Assembly: GCA_005879985.1 (NCBI GenBank)
Contig: VBIA01000173.1
Coordinates: 1,562-65,561, forward strand
Source of the DNA: Chloroflexota bacterium
GTDB taxonomy: Bacteria > Chloroflexota > Dormibacteria > Dormibacterales > Dormibacteraceae
Direction of reading: 5' to 3'
Length of the DNA stretch: 64,000 bases
Shown here piece by piece: positions 8,522 through 17,344 of this stretch; the stretch's first letter is position 1, and each line of letters starts with the position of its first letter. Under the pieces are notes generated by a model. The model made no database searches. It saw nothing but the letters and a program-made list of their open reading frames with translations, and had not been told where the DNA came from. Position numbers and translations under genes: made by a program.

Positions 8522-9403
8522 GTGATCGAGCACCCGCTGGGCTCGCTGCTCAGCTGGATGTACGACCACCTGGTCGGGGTACCGATCATCGACACCATCG
8601 GCGCGTACGGCGTCGCGATCATCGCGGTGACCATCCTCATCAGGCTGGCGCTTGCGCCGCTGCAGCAGTTCCAGCTGGTGACCCAGCGTCGCACCGTCGC
8701 CGAACAGCGAAAGCTCGCGCCCCAGGTGGCGCAGCTGAAGAAGAAGTTCGGCAAGGACACGCAGAAGCTGAACGCCGAGATGATGAAGCTCTACCAGGAG
8801 CACGGCGTCAACCCGCTCGGCGGGTTGGTGGGCTGCCTTCCGCTGATCGTCCAGATCCCGGTGCTGACGGCCTTGTACTGGGTCTTCCGAAACGCGCATG
8901 TCGGCTCGCCGCACTTCCTGTTCGTGCCCAACCTGATGGCCTTCCCCACCCAGGTGCCCATCCTGGCGGGGCTGCCGATCCCGGCCGTCGCCTACCTGAT
9001 CTTCCCGCTGCTCGCAGCGCTCACCACCTTCGTGCAGTCGAAGATGCTGCAGGCGCCCGCCCCGCCGAACCCGACCGAGCAGGAGCGGCAGACACAACAG
9101 ATGCAGCGAATGATGGTCGTGATGTCGCCGCTGATGATCGGGTACTTCGCCCTGCAGGTTCCGGCCGGCCTCGGGCTGTACTGGTTCATCGGCAACTGCG
9201 TCAGTATCATTCAGCAGTACTTCGTGGTCGGGTGGGGGAGCCTGCGGCCGAAAGGAGGCAGCTCACCGGTCATCCAGCCGAAGGGAGCGGGTCCGCCTAA
9301 GAACGGCGGCGGCTCCGGCAACGCGAAGCAGATGCCGAGACGCGTGCAGGGTGGCCGGGCCAGGGCCAAGGATGCGAAGGACGCGAAGAGGCGCGCGTCC
9401 TAG
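8522..9403 (+). CDS. yidC: Membrane protein insertase YidC (short, monoderm type); true start probably upstream
   Basis: LAPLQQFQ..., [25 protein letters not shown] and [10 protein letters not shown] motifs. The frame is open back to 8441 (..ILDIFQPIVKLWELV..) but has no ATG/GTG/TTG there. Confidence 0.85.
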   Translation: [293 protein letters not shown]

Positions 9404-9448
9404 CAGGGCGGGGGGTTCAGGACTAATCGAGATGAGGTCAACAAGACG

Positions 9449-10087
9449 ATGAGATCTGCAGAAGGTCGAGGGCGCACTCTCGACGAGGCGGTTGACGCCG
9501 CCCTGATCGAGCTGGGGGAGACGCGACGCGACGTCGACGTCAGGGTCATTAGGGAAGCCCCCGACGAGACCGTGGTCGAGGTGACGGTGATGGAGGCGTC
9601 CCCGGCCGCCGGCGCGTCGCCGGTCAACGGCAAGGCGGAGACCGTGCGAACGCTGCTGGAAGGCCTGCTCAAGCACATGGGCGTGCGTGCTTCTGTGCAG
9701 GTGCGCGCCGGCAGCGACCCGATCACCCTGGACGTCACCGGTCGCGATCTCGGCGCGTTGATCGGCTGGCGCGGCGAAACGCTGCGGGCTCTGCAATCAG
9801 TGACGAACGTGATGGTGGGTAAGCACCTCGACGAGGGCGAGCGCGTCATCGTCGACGTCGAGCGGTACCGGCAGCGACGCGAGCACACTGTGCGCGAGAT
9901 CGCGCTGCGCGCTGCGCGCCAGGTGAAGATGACCGGCGATGCGATCACGCTCGACGCGATGCAAGCCTTCGAGCGGCGCGCGATCCACTTAGCGCTCGAG
10001 GGCGATCCTGACGTGACCAGCTCCAGTATCGGCGAAGACCCCGATCGCCGCGTCGTCGTCGGGCCGCGCAAGCCGGCCGACGCGTAG
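9449..10087 (+). CDS. jag: Jag/KhpB-type RNA-binding protein (Jag_N, KH and R3H domains)
   Basis: GRTLDEAVDAALIELG (Jag_N), IGWRGETLRALQ (KH GXXG-like) and AFERRAIHLAL (R3H). Conserved position after yidC. Confidence 0.85.
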   Translation: MRSAEGRGRTLDEAVDAALIELGETRRDVDVRVIREAPDETVVEVTVMEASPAAGASPVNGKAETVRTLLEGLLKHMGVRASVQVRAGSDPITLDVTGRDLGALIGWRGETLRALQSVTNVMVGKHLDEGERVIVDVERYRQRREHTVREIALRAARQVKMTGDAITLDAMQAFERRAIHLALEGDPDVTSSSIGEDPDRRVVVGPRKPADA

Positions 10088-10098
10088 CCGCCGCTGAC

Positions 10099-10371
10099 AT
10101 GTCGGCCCGGTCCGCGGCGCAGCGGATCCGGAAGGCGATCGCCGTCGTGAACGCCGTCGCGGACGGCGCCGGTGACGAGGAGATCACGCCGACCGAGATC
10201 GCGGAGGCGATCCGCGACTGCCTGGAGATGTCTGAGATCGCGGCGGTGCCCAACGTTCGCAAGTACCTGAGCGAGGCGCTCGACGCGACGTCGGACGGCA
10301 TGCCCGCGGACTTCGTCGCCATGACTCTCTACGCAGCGCTCGGCGCGCTGCAGGAAGGACTACCGTCCTGA
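10099..10371 (+). CDS. Hypothetical acidic protein (90 aa)
   Basis: ORF only, tightly packed between jag and the M16 peptidase. No recognisable motif. Confidence 0.4.
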   Translation: MSARSAAQRIRKAIAVVNAVADGAGDEEITPTEIAEAIRDCLEMSEIAAVPNVRKYLSEALDATSDGMPADFVAMTLYAALGALQEGLPS

Positions 10372-11636
10372 CAGCTCCCCACCGCATCCAGGTCCTTCCC
10401 GGCGGCGCGCGCCTCGTCACTTCGTCGATGCCGCAGCGGCTCTCGGCGAGCCTCGTGTTGATGTTCGGCGGTGGTTCGCGCCTGGAAGACGATCGACTCG
10501 CCGGCGTGTCGCATTTCATCGAGCACCTCTTTTTCAAGGGCACACAGCGCCGGCCGACATCGAAGGAGATCGCTGACGCCATCGAGGGAATCGGCGGGTT
10601 CATCAACGCGTCCACCGACAAGGAGCTGACCGCGTACTGGGCGCGCGTGCCGGCCGAGCACATGGAGCTCGGGCTCGACGTGCTGTTCGACATCGTTTCG
10701 AACTCGAAGCTCGCGCCGGCGGACATCGAGCGCGAACGGTCGGTGATCCTCGAGGAGCTGAAGATGTACCAGGACCAGCCGCAGGAGCATGTGCAGAACC
10801 TGCTCGAAGAGCTGATCTGGCCGGGCCACCCGCTCGGCCGCGACATCGCCGGCACGCTCGCGTCGGTGGCGAAGCTGACGCGCGACGACATCCTCGAGTA
10901 CGCGAACTCGCGCTATCGCATGCCGAACCTCGTCATCGGCGCGGCCGGCATGATCGACGACGCGGTGGTCGTCGCCGCGGTCAGCTCGAAGCTGTCGTTG
11001 CCGCGCGAGCTGGACGGCGCGGAACAGCCTGAACCACCCGGTCCATTGAGCAGCCCAAACCTCGCGATGCGTCGCCAGCGAACCGAGCAGGCGCACATCT
11101 GCCTGGGCGTGCGGGCACTGAGCTACATGCACCCCGATCGCTACGCGCTGGACCTGCTGAACACGGTTCTCGGCGAAGGAATGAGCGCGCGTCTGTTTCT
11201 CAACATCCGTGAGCGGCTCGGTCTCGCCTACGACGTGCACAGCTTCACGCAGAAGCACCGCGACACTGGCTACCTCGGGCTGTACCTGGGAGTCGATCCG
11301 AAGAACGCAATCCGGGCGGTGGAGGCGGCGATCTCGCAGCTGCGGAGGCTGCGCGAGGAGGACGTCGAGCCGGAAGAGCTCGCGCGCGCGAAAGAGTTCA
11401 CCAAGGGCCGGCTGCGCCTCGACCTCGAGACCACGAACGGCGTTGCTTTCTGGCTCACCTACCAGCAGCTGGTGATGGGCGAGGTGCGAACGATCGAGGA
11501 CGAGCTTGCTCTTGTCGACGCGGTCACGGCCGCCGACATCCGGCGCGTGGCAAACGAGGTTCTCTCAGGCCCGATCCAGATGGCCGTCATCGGGCCGTTC
11601 GCGAAAAGCGCAGGTTTCCAGGCGGCTATCTCGTAG
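10368..11636 (+). CDS. M16 family zinc peptidase (pitrilysin-like); start probably CTG at 10368
   Basis: HFIEHLFFKGT (HxxEH zinc motif). The conserved N-terminal block IQVLPGGARLVTSSMPQRLSASLVLMF lies upstream of the first canonical start (ATG 10428). The CTG at 10368 overlaps the preceding stop as CTGA. Confidence 0.8.
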   Translation: MTAPHRIQVLPGGARLVTSSMPQRLSASLVLMFGGGSRLEDDRLAGVSHFIEHLFFKGTQRRPTSKEIADAIEGIGGFINASTDKELTAYWARVPAEHMELGLDVLFDIVSNSKLAPADIERERSVILEELKMYQDQPQEHVQNLLEELIWPGHPLGRDIAGTLASVAKLTRDDILEYANSRYRMPNLVIGAAGMIDDAVVVAAVSSKLSLPRELDGAEQPEPPGPLSSPNLAMRRQRTEQAHICLGVRALSYMHPDRYALDLLNTVLGEGMSARLFLNIRERLGLAYDVHSFTQKHRDTGYLGLYLGVDPKNAIRAVEAAISQLRRLREEDVEPEELARAKEFTKGRLRLDLETTNGVAFWLTYQQLVMGEVRTIEDELALVDAVTAADIRRVANEVLSGPIQMAVIGPFAKSAGFQAAIS

Positions 11637-11649
11637 AGGCGCCTCGTCT

Positions 11650-12249
11650 CTAGCCGACGAAGACGGTGCTCGACTCGAGCGAGGGCTGCTCGTCGTAGAT
11701 GTTGCCGAAGTGGCCCAGCGGCCAGATGCGGAACCACGCGCGCCCGTCGATTCGGTCGCGGCTGATGGACCCGAACGTGCGTGAATCCTGTGAACGGTTG
11801 CGGTTGTCCCCCATCACGAAGTAGTCGTTCGGAGGTATCAGCTTGCCGCTCGGGCCGCCCCATTCGGTGTTGACGGTCCAGGCTTCAGGCAGGTACGGCT
11901 CGTCCAGCTTGTGTCCATTTATGTAGACGATGCCGTCGTGAATGAGCAGGCGCTCACCGGGCAGCGCGATCACGCGCTTGATGTAGTCGGTGGTGCTGAG
12001 CGTCGGCGGCCGCAGGATCACGATGTCGCCGCGCTGCGGCGGGTGCAGCTTGTAGTCGATCTTGTTAGCGATCAAGTAGTCGTTGTCGTCGAGCGTCGCG
12101 AACATCGACAGGCCTTCGACGTGCACGGTCTGCACGGCGAAGCTGATGCCGAAATAGAGGATGACGGCCAGCACGACCACCTCGAACAGCTCTCGGAGGA
12201 TCGAAGCGCCGGTCGAGGGTGCGTCGTCACGCGATGCAGGCACGGCCAC
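11650..12249 (-). CDS. lepB: Signal peptidase I
   Basis: N-terminal TM segment, catalytic-Ser box EGLSMFATL, Lys box YIKRVIALPGE and GDNRNRSQDSR. Confidence 0.9.
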   Translation of the reverse strand: MAVPASRDDAPSTGASILRELFEVVVLAVILYFGISFAVQTVHVEGLSMFATLDDNDYLIANKIDYKLHPPQRGDIVILRPPTLSTTDYIKRVIALPGERLLIHDGIVYINGHKLDEPYLPEAWTVNTEWGGPSGKLIPPNDYFVMGDNRNRSQDSRTFGSISRDRIDGRAWFRIWPLGHFGNIYDEQPSLESSTVFVG

Positions 12250-12256
12250 AGTGAGA

Positions 12257-13099
12257 TTAGGTGGTGACGAGCTTAGCGCAGACCCGTTCGAGCTCTTCGC
12301 GGCTGGAGTAAAGGATCTGTAACCGGCCGCGGTTGGCCGTTCCCATCATCCGCACCGGCAGCCCGAGGGTCTTCTCAATGTCCGCCGCCAGCGCCCGAAG
12401 CTCTGTGCTCTCGCCGCGCGCCGCGCGTCGGGGCCGGTATGCGCGGACCCAGTTCTCGGTCTGCCGGACTGACAGCCTGCGCGCGAGCACGACCTTCAAG
12501 CCGTGCTCCTGGCTGGTCACGCTGTCGAGCGCGACCAGTGCACGTGCGTGGCCTGCTGTGATGGCGCCGGCGCTCACCGCGGACTGCACCGCGGGGCAAG
12601 CACTGAGAAGTCGCATTGACTGCGTCACAGACACTCGGTGCTTGCCGATGCGCTGGGCGACCTCGTCGTGAGTGAGCCCGAACTCCTCGGTGAGCCGATG
12701 GAGACCGCGCGCAGCCTCGATTGGATCCAGGTCGGAGCGCTGCAGGTTCTCGATGAGACCGAGCACGAGCTGCTCGTCGCTGCCTGTGTCGGTACGGACG
12801 ACGGCAGGCACGCTGGTCAGACCCGCAATGCGCGCGGCGCGCCACCGGCGCTCGCCGGCGATGAGCTCGTAGCCGTCGAGATGCCTGCGGACGAGCAGAG
12901 GCTGCAGCACACCGTGAAGACGGATCGACTCCGCCAGCTCGCCGAGCGGCTCCGCGTCGAAGCGCGCGCGCACCTGCATGTGCGACGGGCGGATCTGATC
13001 GATCGCGATCATCTGCGGCACCATTGCGCCGCCGTCGCGCGACATTGGGATGAGCGCCTCCAGCCCGCGACCGAGGCCTCGAAATCGTGACTGCGTCAT
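12257..13099 (-). CDS. parB: Chromosome partitioning protein ParB
   Basis: GLGRGLEALIP, LIAGERRWRAARIAGL and an HTH. The ATG at 13099 overlaps the parA stop as ATGA; the longer ORF to 13285 overlaps parA out of frame. Confidence 0.9.
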   Translation of the reverse strand: MTQSRFRGLGRGLEALIPMSRDGGAMVPQMIAIDQIRPSHMQVRARFDAEPLGELAESIRLHGVLQPLLVRRHLDGYELIAGERRWRAARIAGLTSVPAVVRTDTGSDEQLVLGLIENLQRSDLDPIEAARGLHRLTEEFGLTHDEVAQRIGKHRVSVTQSMRLLSACPAVQSAVSAGAITAGHARALVALDSVTSQEHGLKVVLARRLSVRQTENWVRAYRPRRAARGESTELRALAADIEKTLGLPVRMMGTANRGRLQILYSSREELERVCAKLVTT

Positions 13100-13920
13100 G
13101 GCCTGCTCCTTGACATGAGCTCGTGCGCCAGCTCGCGGTACGCGGCGGCGCCGCGGCATGTGGGGTCGTACTGCGTCACCGGCTTGCCGTGGCTCGGCGC
13201 CTCGCTCAGACGGACGTTGCGAGGGATGAGAGTCTTGAGCAGCTCGTTCGGGTGCGACCGGCGCACCTCCGCGAGCACGTCCCATGCGAGCGTGGTGCGT
13301 GCGTCAAATTGCGTCATTAGGATGCCGCCGACCTCGAGCTGCGGATTCAGCTGCGAGCGCACGAGCTGCTGCGTGTAGAAAAGGTGGCGCAGCCCCTCGA
13401 GGGCGAAGTACTCGCACTGCGTGGGGATCAGCATCTGCGTGGCCGCCGCGAGCGCGTTGAGCGTGAGCAGCCCCAGGGATGGCGGACAGTCGATGATCAC
13501 CAGCTCGATGCCGTCGGGGGCATTGGTGAGCGCTTTGCGAAGCCGCGTCTCGCGCTCTGTCATGCCGGCCAGCTCGACCTCGGCGCCGGCAAGGTCGACG
13601 TGCGAGGGGACGAGCTGAAGGCCGGGCGCACCTGATGGCACGGCGGCCTCGCTGAGCGTGCATTCGCCCGCCAGCACGTGGTAGATCGTCAGCCGGGCGC
13701 GTGCCGGGTTGAGGCCAAGGCCCGACGTGGAGTTGGCCTGGGGGTCGAGATCGATAAGCAGCACCGGGTGACCGAGCTCGGCCACTGCGGCGCTGAGGTT
13801 GATGGCGGTGGTGGTCTTGCCGACGCCGCCCTTCTGGTTGACGACGGCCACGATCGGAAGAGGCGATGAGCCCAATATGTTGGGCAGGCGAACTGTGGAA
13901 GTAGCTATATCTTGGGCCAT
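13096..13920 (-). CDS. parA: Chromosome partitioning ATPase ParA/Soj
   Basis: Deviant Walker A (NQKGGVGKTTTAINLS), then LLIDLDPQANST and IIDCPPSLG. Confidence 0.92.
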   Translation of the reverse strand: MAQDIATSTVRLPNILGSSPLPIVAVVNQKGGVGKTTTAINLSAAVAELGHPVLLIDLDPQANSTSGLGLNPARARLTIYHVLAGECTLSEAAVPSGAPGLQLVPSHVDLAGAEVELAGMTERETRLRKALTNAPDGIELVIIDCPPSLGLLTLNALAAATQMLIPTQCEYFALEGLRHLFYTQQLVRSQLNPQLEVGGILMTQFDARTTLAWDVLAEVRRSHPNELLKTLIPRNVRLSEAPSHGKPVTQYDPTCRGAAAYRELAHELMSRSRP

Positions 13921-13953
13921 TGCAGAGACGTGTGGTGAACCGCTGGTTAGATT

Positions 13954-15042
13954 CTAACGCACCGCCTTCTCGGCGGCGGCTTCCTCGTCGGATCCCGAGG
14001 TCGTGTTGACCCGCCGGCGCCGCCACATCGCGTACGCCGAGACCCCGAGCAGGGCAGCGGTGACCACGTACACACCGACATGGAACGGGCCGGCGAGGGT
14101 GAGGCTCGCGAGCAGGTTGTATGCCACGTGGCATGTGATCGTTGCCGTCGTGTTCGCGTAGCGGCGGATGAGGCCCAGCCCGATCGCGATCACAAAGATC
14201 GTGACCACGTCGATCGAAAGGCCGTACTCGGTGTGGATGGCCGCGAAGAGGAGGGAGGTGGCCAGCAGGCCGAGGCGCGGCTGCAGGGCGCCGCGGAACA
14301 GAACCTCCTCGCAGATTCCGGGCAGGAGCGCGAGCGCGGCAATGCCCGCCGGCCCGCCCAGGCCGCCGAAGAGGTGGTTCGACGTGTTCTGGACTTTGGC
14401 CGTGACGTCGGGTGTGTACATCTGGCTCAGCCACAGCGAGACGTCGCCCAAGACCCAGAAAGCGCCGGCGGCTCCCAGGGCGAGCGTGATGTGCCACCAC
14501 GCCGGGGTCACCAGTCCGAGCCGGTCGGAGGACGCCGCGAACGAGCGCCGGATGTAGAGCCCGACCCCGGCGAACGCCATGACGGCAAAGGGGGCCTCCT
14601 GGGCCGTGAGATCGCCGATCGTGAGCGGAGGGATCTTCAGGTCGGCCGCGAGCACGTCGGTGAAGGCGATCGCGGACACCTGCGTCCCAAGGAGGATCAC
14701 CGCCAGCACGAGCGCGAGCGAGTGCACGGGATTGTCCGGGTCGATCGGCATGTAGCGCGAGAGCCGCTCCCGCACCGGCTTCGATACGAGCGTCGCGGCG
14801 ACCAGGCCCGTGACCATGTACCCGATGTCGACGGCCGCTGGATTGCGCGGGCCGCTCGCCGGTCCGGTGAGCTCGAACGCGCCCAGCAGGAAGGTGGCTC
14901 CGGCCGTGAAGCCGGCAAGAATGGCGGTGACGTGCGGAGCCCAGCTCCTGCCGATCACGGCGTTGGCTGTGATCACAAGCGGCAGTGGCGTCAACAGCGT
15001 GACCGCCTGTTCGGCGGCGTCGAGGAACGGGTTGTGGGTCAG
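13954..15042 (-). CDS. CPBP (CAAX/Abi) family intramembrane glutamic endopeptidase; start uncertain
   Basis: Polytopic membrane protein with the EEVLFRG and FAAIHT motifs. Candidate starts are CTG 15042 (CTGA overlap with the SPFH stop), TTG 14994 or a GTG just downstream. The rest of the 702-aa ORF is out-of-frame shadow of the SPFH gene. Confidence 0.7.
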   Translation of the reverse strand: MTHNPFLDAAEQAVTLLTPLPLVITANAVIGRSWAPHVTAILAGFTAGATFLLGAFELTGPASGPRNPAAVDIGYMVTGLVAATLVSKPVRERLSRYMPIDPDNPVHSLALVLAVILLGTQVSAIAFTDVLAADLKIPPLTIGDLTAQEAPFAVMAFAGVGLYIRRSFAASSDRLGLVTPAWWHITLALGAAGAFWVLGDVSLWLSQMYTPDVTAKVQNTSNHLFGGLGGPAGIAALALLPGICEEVLFRGALQPRLGLLATSLLFAAIHTEYGLSIDVVTIFVIAIGLGLIRRYANTTATITCHVAYNLLASLTLAGPFHVGVYVVTAALLGVSAYAMWRRRRVNTTSGSDEEAAAEKAVR

Positions 15043-15854
15043 GCCGGAGTCCGCTTCGCCGGCGGCGGCGGCGGCTTGGTCCCCGTGCGGAGGCCTTCGG
15101 CGTCGAGGATGGGCCGGATCAGCTCCAGCGGGATGGGCAGGATGATCGTCGTGTTTTTCTCGACGCCTATCTCGACCAGCGTCTGCAGGAAGCGCAGCTG
15201 CAGGGCGCCCTGCTGCGACGAGATCACCTGAGCCGCGTTGGCCAGCGTCTGCGACGCCTGGAACTCGCCGTCGGCGTTGATGATCTTTGCCCGCTTCTCG
15301 CGCTCGGCCTCGGCCTGCTTGGCCATGGCGCGCTGCATTGTGCTCGGCAGCTCGACGTCCTTGATCTCGACGCGAGTCACCTTGATGCCCCATGGCTCGG
15401 TCTCGTCGTCGATGATCTTCTGCAGCTTCTGGTTGATGACGTCCCGCTCCGCCAGCAGCTCGTCGAGGGTGGACTGGCCCAACACCGCCCGAAGCGTGGT
15501 CTGCGAGATTTGGGACGTTGCGTTGATGTAGTTCAGGACCTGCACGACCGCGCGCTGCGCGTCGACCACCTGGAAGTAGATGACGGCGTTGACCTTGGTG
15601 GTCACGTTGTCCTTGGTGATGATCTCCTGAGGCGGCACCTCGAGCGTGATCACCCGCAGGTCGATCTTCACCAGGCGGTCCACGCCGAACGGGATGATGA
15701 AGCGCAGGCCCGCGCCCCTGATCGGAATCAAGCGGCCAAGGCGGAAGATGACGCCGCGCTCGTACTCGTTGATGATCCGGATGCTCGATACGAACACGAC
15801 CAGGGCGAGCAGGACGATGACCCCGAAGACGATGAGGCTGCCGGTGTCGAGCAC
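15039..15854 (-). CDS. SPFH/band 7 (stomatin-like) membrane protein
   Basis: N-terminal TM segment, then EYERGVIFRLGR..., ITKDNV...V.A.IYFQVVD and a coiled AEAEREKRAKI region. Confidence 0.9.
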   Translation of the reverse strand: MLDTGSLIVFGVIVLLALVVFVSSIRIINEYERGVIFRLGRLIPIRGAGLRFIIPFGVDRLVKIDLRVITLEVPPQEIITKDNVTTKVNAVIYFQVVDAQRAVVQVLNYINATSQISQTTLRAVLGQSTLDELLAERDVINQKLQKIIDDETEPWGIKVTRVEIKDVELPSTMQRAMAKQAEAEREKRAKIINADGEFQASQTLANAAQVISSQQGALQLRFLQTLVEIGVEKNTTIILPIPLELIRPILDAEGLRTGTKPPPPPAKRTPA

Positions 15855-15856
15855 TG

Positions 15857-17236
15857 TTACTTCTCCTTATGTGTCGTGTTCGGCTCCACGGTAGCGGTTT
15901 CGCGAGGAACGACCTCCAGGCGCAGCCCTTTCCGGCCGACGACCTTGATGGGCGTTCCCGCGTGGATCGGTTCTCCCGACGTTGTGGCCTTCCAGAGCGC
16001 GCCGCCAACGAAGACGAAGCCCTCGGGTGCAAGGTCTTGCCTGGCCTCGCCAGAAGCCCCAACCAGCGTTTCGGATCCGGCGGCCGCCGGCCGGCGACGC
16101 GCGATCCAGATGCGCTGCACGAAGAAGACGAAGAAACCGAAGCTGATCAGGCCGGACAAAGCGATCAGCACTGGACTCACCCCGAGCCCTACTGGGCCGG
16201 TGTTGATCAGGAAGGCAAGTCCGAGCACGAGCGCCACGACGCCACCCGCGCTGAGGATGCCGTGGGTATTGGCCTTCAGGTCGGCAACGAAGAGCCCAAG
16301 AGCGACGATGAGCATGAGCGCGCCGGCGATGTTCAGTGGCAGGTTGGCGAGCGAGACCACCGCCAGCACGGCGGCGATGCCGCCGACCACGCCGGGCAGG
16401 ATCGCGCCTGGCGACGTCAGCTCGGTGATGATCCCGTAGGCGGCCAGCAGGAGCAGCAGCGCGGCGATCGTGGGGTCGATGAGCGCGCCGAGGAACACCT
16501 GCCAGAAGGGCATGGGCTCGTCGGTGACGATCGCCCCGGCTGTGTGAATGGTCAGTGTCCCGCTCGGCCTGCTGACGGTCCGGTTGTCGAGTGTTGCCAG
16601 CAAAGAGGGCACATCGTTGGCTTCGAGGTCCGCGACGTGCAGGCGTATCGCCTCCTCGGCGCTGATGTTCACGCTGTGCCGCACCGCGTCCTCGGCCCAG
16701 TCGGCGTTGCGACCGTGCATTGATGCGAGGCTGCGGACGCGCGTCACCGCGTCGTTCAGGACTTTGGCGCCGAGATCGCCGGTCAGGTCGGCACCGGTGG
16801 CGTCGATGGGATGCGCGGAGCCGATGTTGGTGCCTGGGGCCATGGCCACGACGTCCGCGGCTTGCGCGACGAACAGGCCCGCCGAGGCTGCGCGCGCGCC
16901 GCTTGGGTACACGTACACGATGACCGGCACCTTCGAGTTGAGAAGCGACGTGACGATGTCGTCCATCGAGGTGGAGATGCCGCCGGGCGTGTTCAGCACG
17001 AGCAAGAACGCGCCCGATTGGTCGGACTCGGCGCGCGACACCTCGCTGGCCACGTAGGCGGCGGTGATGTTGTTGATGACGCCGTCCAGGTCGGCCCTCA
17101 GGACATGCGGGGTGGCCGCCAGCGACGGCTGCGGCAGCAGGGCCAGCACCGCCACGAACGCCAGCGCGACCCGGACCAGACGCACGCCACGATTATTCGA
17201 CGGATGGATGTAAAACGTGGAACATCCCCCCAACAA
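15857..17236 (-). CDS. NfeD-like membrane-bound ClpP-class serine protease (long form: protease, TM and OB domains)
   Basis: VLNTPGGISTSM and YPSGARAASAGLFVAQAAD (ClpP-like), a central TM block and a C-terminal OB domain (GTPIKVVGRKGLRLEV). A likelier start is GTG 17185, giving the signal peptide VRLVRVALAFVAVLALL. Confidence 0.85.
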   Translation of the reverse strand: MLGGCSTFYIHPSNNRGVRLVRVALAFVAVLALLPQPSLAATPHVLRADLDGVINNITAAYVASEVSRAESDQSGAFLLVLNTPGGISTSMDDIVTSLLNSKVPVIVYVYPSGARAASAGLFVAQAADVVAMAPGTNIGSAHPIDATGADLTGDLGAKVLNDAVTRVRSLASMHGRNADWAEDAVRHSVNISAEEAIRLHVADLEANDVPSLLATLDNRTVSRPSGTLTIHTAGAIVTDEPMPFWQVFLGALIDPTIAALLLLLAAYGIITELTSPGAILPGVVGGIAAVLAVVSLANLPLNIAGALMLIVALGLFVADLKANTHGILSAGGVVALVLGLAFLINTGPVGLGVSPVLIALSGLISFGFFVFFVQRIWIARRRPAAAGSETLVGASGEARQDLAPEGFVFVGGALWKATTSGEPIHAGTPIKVVGRKGLRLEVVPRETATVEPNTTHKEK

Positions 17237-17237
17237 T

Positions 17238-17276
17238 CCCTCTCCCCTCAGGGGAGAGGGTCAGGGTGAGGGGCGT
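17238..17276. repeat. Copy B of the hairpin plus G-tract repeat
   Basis: CCCTCTCCCC-TCA-GGGGAGAGGG perfect inverted repeat (17238-17260), followed by TCAGGGTGAGGGGCGT. Confidence 0.8.
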
Positions 17277-17288
17277 AAGAAAGGCTCA

Positions 17289-17315
17289 GGGGGAGAGGGT
17301 CAGGGTGAGGGGCGT
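17289..17315. repeat. Copy C of the G-tract repeat (tandem to copy B, without the left hairpin arm)
   Basis: GGGGGAGAGGGTCAGGGTGAGGGGCGT matches copy B exactly over the G-tract box. Confidence 0.8.
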
Positions 17316-17344
17316 CAAAAAGGCCTCCGCGTAAAATCGCGGAG

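Noticed and set aside
13954-16062. 702-aa minus-strand ORF read as one gene
   Set aside because: Only the C-terminal ~360 aa (the CPBP protease) make sense. The N-terminal half is an out-of-frame overlap of the SPFH gene (15039-15854), which has strong band-7 motifs.
17238-17315. Possible CRISPR array, because of two near-identical units
   Set aside because: There are only two units about 40 nt apart, with no regular spacer structure and no cas genes. Related copies are dispersed singly elsewhere, so this is a REP/MITE-like family instead.
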